Shown here: piece by piece, positions 58,939 through 64,000 of the stretch
How the letters are laid out: each line of letters starts with the position of its first letter
Position numbering within the stretch: the first letter of the stretch is position 1
Source: Flectonema sp. DT1601
Taxonomy: Eukaryota
Length of the DNA stretch: 64,000 nt
Reading direction: 5' to 3'
Assembly (NCBI GenBank): GCA_964019425.1
Contig: OZ025788.1
Coordinates: forward strand, 1,426,001-1,490,000
Notes under the pieces: generated by a model
What the model was told of the DNA's origin: nothing
Seen by the model: only the letters and a program-made list of their open reading frames with translations
Databases searched by the model: none
Program-made: the position numbers and the translations under genes

Positions 58939-59550
58939 CAACACTCACTAACATCAGTTTCTTATAAAGAGTTCAGATCACTACAGTTTTCAGTAAGTGG
59001 ATGTTGATCGACTTGTACGGTATTCGATTTCTGATAATTAAAGTTCGGCATCACGTCAACAGTTCTGGCTTCCTCTTCCAAACAAATAACTTCCGACACT
59101 AACAAAATAAAAAATATTTTTACGGCAGTTTGTTTCTGATCTACTTTACTGACGGAGACCCCTCCTACCACCCCACTGACTGGTCTGTTTTGTAACAGAA
59201 GACTTGTAAATAACTTTTGAATTTGCTGGTTGGAATTACTGACTTTCTAACTCAGAATAGAATTGTGATTTTTCTGTTTTTTCTAAACATTTGATATGTT
59301 CCGTTTTGGTTTTTGTTATTTTAATTAATTTTGTGTCGCTCACATTATTCTTTACAGCCACACACAACACAACACAACAGAATAAACCTCTGTTTTAAAT
59401 AATATAAAATTAATTCATTATATATCTTTAATCAATCATAAAGGAGGTTTTGTTTTTACAATATTCATAACTCTTATTTCATCATCAGGTTCTCTCCTCC
59501 TCCCGATCCCCCTCTCAAGGAACCATTTCAATATCTTTCTCTAATGTTAA

Positions 59551-62500
59551 ATGAGAACTTCTCAACATTTATTATATGCCGCCTTCGTTATACTCTCGCT
59601 CGTCAATGTAGTTACGGGAGTTTTTAAATCCTTTTGTGGTCCTTATGATATCCAAACAGATAATTCTGATATCACAGTCAGTTATAATTTAGGTCTCATT
59701 GATGACCTTGAATTGGGTTATCAATTTGAAGTTCTAAGAACTGGTGAGGGATGGACTGCTGTTGGTTTCCGAATTCCTGACCAGCAACAAATGCGGGGAA
59801 TTGATCCTACAATTTGGAGTAGTACAAACGTGCAGTCGGTTTTTAATTATGACATCACAACTTCTTTTGGTTTTCCTTCAAATCCTACAACAGATAATTT
59901 ATTTGTTGATTCTTTTCAAGTTCAATCACAGCAGACTCGAATTATATTTCACAGACCACTTACAGCCACAACTTCATCTGATCTTTCTCTAGTTGTTGGA
60001 TCTTCATATTCATTCGTTTGGGCATACGGATTCTCACAAGCTTCCTCACACGGATCTAACAAAGCTTCTTTACCAATTACACTCGGCGTTTTGTCAGAAT
60101 GCTCAACTGCTACTCAGACTTCCACACCATCTTTTACTACAAGTCTTCTACCCAGTACCGCTACTTTCACTACTACAAAACATGAGTTCCCTACAGCACC
60201 AACTACTACACTACAACTGTTGCCTACTTTACCAACTTTACCTCTGGGAGAAACTTCCACCCTTCAACTTGGACTTACGTCACCTACTGCCACAATGACT
60301 CAGCAACAGTTGCCTGTGTTACCAACTGCTACTCTGCAATTGTTATCTTCCACGTTAACACAGGAGCAGTTACCAGCTATTCCTACTGCCACAGTGACTC
60401 AGCAGCAGATGCCTGTGTTGCCAACTGCTACTCTGCAATTGTTATCTTCCACGTTAACACAGGAGCAGTTACCAGCTATTCCTACTGCCACAGTGACTCA
60501 GCAGCAGATGCCAGTGTTACCAACTGCTACTCTGCAATTGTTGTCTTCCACGTTAACACAGGAGCAGTTACCAGCTATTCTTACTGCCACGATGACTCAG
60601 CAGCAGATGCCTGTGTTACCAACTGCTACTCTGCAATTGTTATCTTCCACGTTAACACAGGAGCAGTTACCAGCTATTCCTACTGCCACAATGACTCAGC
60701 AGCATATGCCTGTGTTACCAACTGCTACTCTGCAATTGTTATCTTCCACGTTAACACAGGAGCAGTTACCAGCTATTCCTACTGCTACAGTGACTCAGCA
60801 GCAGATGCCTGTGTTACCAACTGCTACTCTGCAATTGTTATCTTCCACGTTAACACAAGAGCAGTTACCAGCTATTCCTACTGCCACGATGACTCAGCAG
60901 CAGATGCCTGTGTTACCAACTGCTACTCTGCAATTGTTATCTTCCACGTTAACACAAGAGCAGTTACCAGCTATTCCTACTGCCACGATGACTCAGCAGC
61001 AGATGCCTGTGTTACCAACTGCTACTCTGCAATTGTTATCTTCCACGTTAACACAAGAGCAGTTACCAGCTATTCCTACTGCCACAGTGACTCAGCAGCA
61101 GATGCCTGTGTTACCAACTGCTACTCTGCAATTGTTATCTTCCACGTTAACACAAGAGCAGTTACCAGCTATTCCTACTGCTACAGTGACTCAGCAGCAG
61201 ATGCCTGTGTTACCAACTGCTACTCTGCAATTGTTATCTTCCACGTTAACACAAGAGCAGTTACCAGCTATTCCTACTGCCACGATGACTCAGCAGCAGA
61301 TGCCTGTGTTACCAACTGCTACTCTGCAATTGTTATCTTCCACGTTAACACAGGAGCAGTTACCAGTTATTCCTACTGCCACAGTGACTCAGCAGCAGAT
61401 GCCTGTGTTACCAACTGCTACTCTGCAATTGTTATCTTCCACGTTAACACAAGAGCAGTTACCAGCTATTCCTACTGCCACGATGACTCAGCAGCAGATG
61501 CCTGTGTTACCAACTGCTACTCTGCAATTGTTATCTTCCACGTTAACACAGGAGCAGTTACCAGTTATTCCTACTGCCACAGTGACTCAGCAGCAGATGC
61601 CTGTGTTACCAACTGCTACTCTGCAATTGTTATCTTCCACGTTAACACAGGAGCAGTTACCAGCTATTCCTACTGCCACAGTGACTCAGCAGCAGATGCC
61701 TGTGTTACCAACTGCTACTCTGCAATTGTTATCTTCAACGTTAACACAGGAGCAGTTACCAGTTATTCCTACTGCCACAGTGACTCAGCAGCAGATGCCT
61801 GTGTTACCAACTGCTACTCTGCAATTGTTATCTTCCACGTTAACACAGGAGCAGTTACCAGCTATTCCTACTGCTACAGTGACTCAGCAGCAGATGCCTG
61901 TGTTACCAACTGCTACTCTGCAATTGTTATCTTCCACGTTAACACAAGAGCAGTTACCAGCTATTCCTACTGCCACAGTGACTCAGCAGCAGATGCCTGT
62001 GTTACCAACTGCTACTCTGCAATTGTTATCTTCCACGTTAACACAGGAGCAGTTACCAGCTATTCCTACTGCCACAGTGACTCAGCAGCAGATGCCTGTG
62101 TTACCAACTGCTACTCTGCAATTGTTATCTTCCACGTTAACACAAGAGCAGTTACCAGCTATTCCTACTGCCACAGTGACTCAGCAGCAGATGCCTGTGT
62201 TACCAACTGCTACTCTGCAATTGTTATCTTCCACGTTAACACAGGAGCAGTTACCAGCTATTCCTACTGCCACAGTGACTCAGCAGCAGATGCCTGTGTT
62301 ACCAACTGCTACTCTGCAATTGTTATCTTCAACGTTAACACAGGAGCAGTTACCAGTTATTCCTACTGCCACAGTGACTCAGCAGCAGATGCCTGTGTTA
62401 CCAACTGCTACTCTGCAATTGTTATCTTCCACGTTAACACAGGAGCAGTTACCAGCTATTCCTACTGCTACAGTAACTCAGCAGCAGATGCCTGTGTTAC

Positions 62501-64000
62501 CAACTGCTACTCTGCAATTGTTATCTTCCACGTTAACACAAGAGCAGTTACCAGCTATTCCTACTGCCACAGTGACTCAGCAGCAGATGCCTGTGTTACC
62601 AACTGCTACTCTGCAATTGTTATCTTCCACGTTAACACAAGAGCAGTTACCAGCTATTCCTACTGCCACGATGACTCAGCAGCAGATGCCTGTGTTACCA
62701 ACTGCTACTCTGCAATTGTTATCTTCCACGTTAACACAGGAGCGGTTACCAGTTATTCCTACTGCCACAGTGACTCAGCAGCAGATGCCTGTGTTACCAA
62801 CTGCTACTCTGCAATTGTTATCTTCCACGTTAACACAAGAGCAGTTACCAGCTATTCCTACTGCCACAGTGACTCAGCAGCAGATGCCTGTGTTACCAAC
62901 TGCTACTCTGCAATTGTTATCTTCCACGTTAACACAGGAGCAGTTACCAGCTATTCCTACTGCCACAGTGACTCAGCAGCAGATGCCTGTGTTACCAACT
63001 GCTACTCTGCAATTGTTATCTTCCACGTTAACACAGGAGCAGTTACCAGCTATTCCTACTGCCACAGTGACTCAGCAGCAGATGCCTGTGTTGCCAACTG
63101 CTACTCTGCAATTGTTATCTTCCACGTTAACACAAGAGCAGTTACCAGCTATTCCTACTGCCACAGTGACTCAGCAGCAGATGCCTGTGTTACCAACTGC
63201 TACTCTGCAATTGTTATCTTCCACGTTAACACAGGAGCAGTTACCAGCTATTCCTACTGCCACAATGACTCAGCAGCAGATTCCTGTGTTACCAACTGCT
63301 ACTCTGCAATTGTTATCTTCCACGTTAACACAGGAGCAGTTACCAGCTATTCCTACTGCCACGATGACTCAGCAGCAGATGCCTGTGTTACCAACTGCTA
63401 CTCTGCAATTGTTATCTTCCACGTTAACACAGGAGCAGTTACCAGCTATTCCTACTGCCACAATGACTCAGCAGCAGATTCCTGTGTTACCAACTGCTAC
63501 TCTGCAATTGTTATCTTCCACGTTAACACAGGAGCAGTTACCAGCTATTCCTACTGCCACGATGACTCAGCAGCAGATGCCTGTGTTACCAACTGCTACT
63601 CTGCAATTGTTATCTTCCACGTTAACACAGGAGCAGTTACCAGCTATTCCTACTGCCACAATGACTCAGCAGCAGATTCCTGTGTTACCAACTGCTACTC
63701 TGCAATTGTTATCTTCCACGTTAACACAGGAGCAGTTACCAGCTATTCCTACTGCCACGATGACTCAGCAGCAGTTGCCTGTGTTACCAACTGCTACTCT
63801 GCAATTGTTATCTTCCACGTTAACACAGGAGCAGTTACCAGCTATTCCTACTGCCACGATGACTCAGCAGCAGTTGCCTGTGTTACCAACTGCTACTCTG
63901 CAATTGTTATCTTCCACGTTAACACAGGAGCAGTTACCATCTATTCCTACTGCTACAATGACTCAGCAGCAGATGCCTGTGTTACCAACTGCTACTCTGC
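59551..64000 (+). CDS. Secreted or surface protein: signal peptide, DOMON domain, long Thr/Gln/Pro/Leu repeat stalk; 3'-partial and not in the ORF track
   Basis: Open frame from ATG 59551 (MRTSQHLLYAAFVILSLVNVVTG); DOMON motifs GWTAVGF, MRGID, IIFHRPL, FVWAYG...SHG; no stop seen to the window end. Confidence 0.88.
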   Translation, partial: MRTSQHLLYAAFVILSLVNVVTGVFKSFCGPYDIQTDNSDITVSYNLGLIDDLELGYQFEVLRTGEGWTAVGFRIPDQQQMRGIDPTIWSSTNVQSVFNYDITTSFGFPSNPTTDNLFVDSFQVQSQQTRIIFHRPLTATTSSDLSLVVGSSYSFVWAYGFSQASSHGSNKASLPITLGVLSECSTATQTSTPSFTTSLLPSTATFTTTKHEFPTAPTTTLQLLPTLPTLPLGETSTLQLGLTSPTATMTQQQLPVLPTATLQLLSSTLTQEQLPAIPTATVTQQQMPVLPTATLQLLSSTLTQEQLPAIPTATVTQQQMPVLPTATLQLLSSTLTQEQLPAILTATMTQQQMPVLPTATLQLLSSTLTQEQLPAIPTATMTQQHMPVLPTATLQLLSSTLTQEQLPAIPTATVTQQQMPVLPTATLQLLSSTLTQEQLPAIPTATMTQQQMPVLPTATLQLLSSTLTQEQLPAIPTATMTQQQMPVLPTATLQLLSSTLTQEQLPAIPTATVTQQQMPVLPTATLQLLSSTLTQEQLPAIPTATVTQQQMPVLPTATLQLLSSTLTQEQLPAIPTATMTQQQMPVLPTATLQLLSSTLTQEQLPVIPTATVTQQQMPVLPTATLQLLSSTLTQEQLPAIPTATMTQQQMPVLPTATLQLLSSTLTQEQLPVIPTATVTQQQMPVLPTATLQLLSSTLTQEQLPAIPTATVTQQQMPVLPTATLQLLSSTLTQEQLPVIPTATVTQQQMPVLPTATLQLLSSTLTQEQLPAIPTATVTQQQMPVLPTATLQLLSSTLTQEQLPAIPTATVTQQQMPVLPTATLQLLSSTLTQEQLPAIPTATVTQQQMPVLPTATLQLLSSTLTQEQLPAIPTATVTQQQMPVLPTATLQLLSSTLTQEQLPAIPTATVTQQQMPVLPTATLQLLSSTLTQEQLPVIPTATVTQQQMPVLPTATLQLLSSTLTQEQLPAIPTATVTQQQMPVLPTATLQLLSSTLTQEQLPAIPTATVTQQQMPVLPTATLQLLSSTLTQEQLPAIPTATMTQQQMPVLPTATLQLLSSTLTQERLPVIPTATVTQQQMPVLPTATLQLLSSTLTQEQLPAIPTATVTQQQMPVLPTATLQLLSSTLTQEQLPAIPTATVTQQQMPVLPTATLQLLSSTLTQEQLPAIPTATVTQQQMPVLPTATLQLLSSTLTQEQLPAIPTATVTQQQMPVLPTATLQLLSSTLTQEQLPAIPTATMTQQQIPVLPTATLQLLSSTLTQEQLPAIPTATMTQQQMPVLPTATLQLLSSTLTQEQLPAIPTATMTQQQIPVLPTATLQLLSSTLTQEQLPAIPTATMTQQQMPVLPTATLQLLSSTLTQEQLPAIPTATMTQQQIPVLPTATLQLLSSTLTQEQLPAIPTATMTQQQLPVLPTATLQLLSSTLTQEQLPAIPTATMTQQQLPVLPTATLQLLSSTLTQEQLPSIPTATMTQQQMPVLPTATL
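60283..64000 (+). repeat. 99-bp coding tandem array, more than 37 copies (PTATVTQQQMPVLPTATLQLLSSTLTQEQLPAI)
   Basis: Period 99 (60283, 60382, 60481...); only scattered substitutions. Confidence 0.97.

Noticed and set aside
60283..64000. CRISPR array or non-coding satellite
   Set aside because: No spacers; the array is in frame with an upstream signal peptide and DOMON domain.

Overview
AT-rich eukaryotic (protist) nuclear DNA, most likely a euglenozoan and probably a diplonemid. This is an inference from four things: every recognisable gene over 64 kb lies on the + strand, many ATGs follow a short ...AACAG/ACAG acceptor-like site, introns are short canonical GT-AG (63-79 nt), and Erv1 has a kinetoplastid-type C-terminal CxxxC. 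1-25.4 kb is a directional cluster: kinesin, SAM/WW scaffold, two paralogous UBL-TM-Cys-rich proteins, LRRC57-like, EMC6, SPAG8-like, two UBL-kinesins, a cNMP-gated K+ channel and mitochondrial bL28m. 25.4-55 kb is an accessory region holding a tandem family of membrane-anchored P-loop NTPases (4 intact spliced copies plus at least 5 fragments). Their variable blocks occur in shuffled combinations, and they sit among segmental duplications, MITE-like elements, a structured dispersed repeat, an 18S rDNA fragment and an ERV1 gene. 55.6-64 kb holds a very divergent H2B-like histone fold, a pseudo-metacaspase, a DHHC palmitoyltransferase, and a secreted DOMON protein with more than 37 copies of a 99-bp coding repeat that is absent from the ORF track. 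Assignments come from motifs read by eye; no database search was run.
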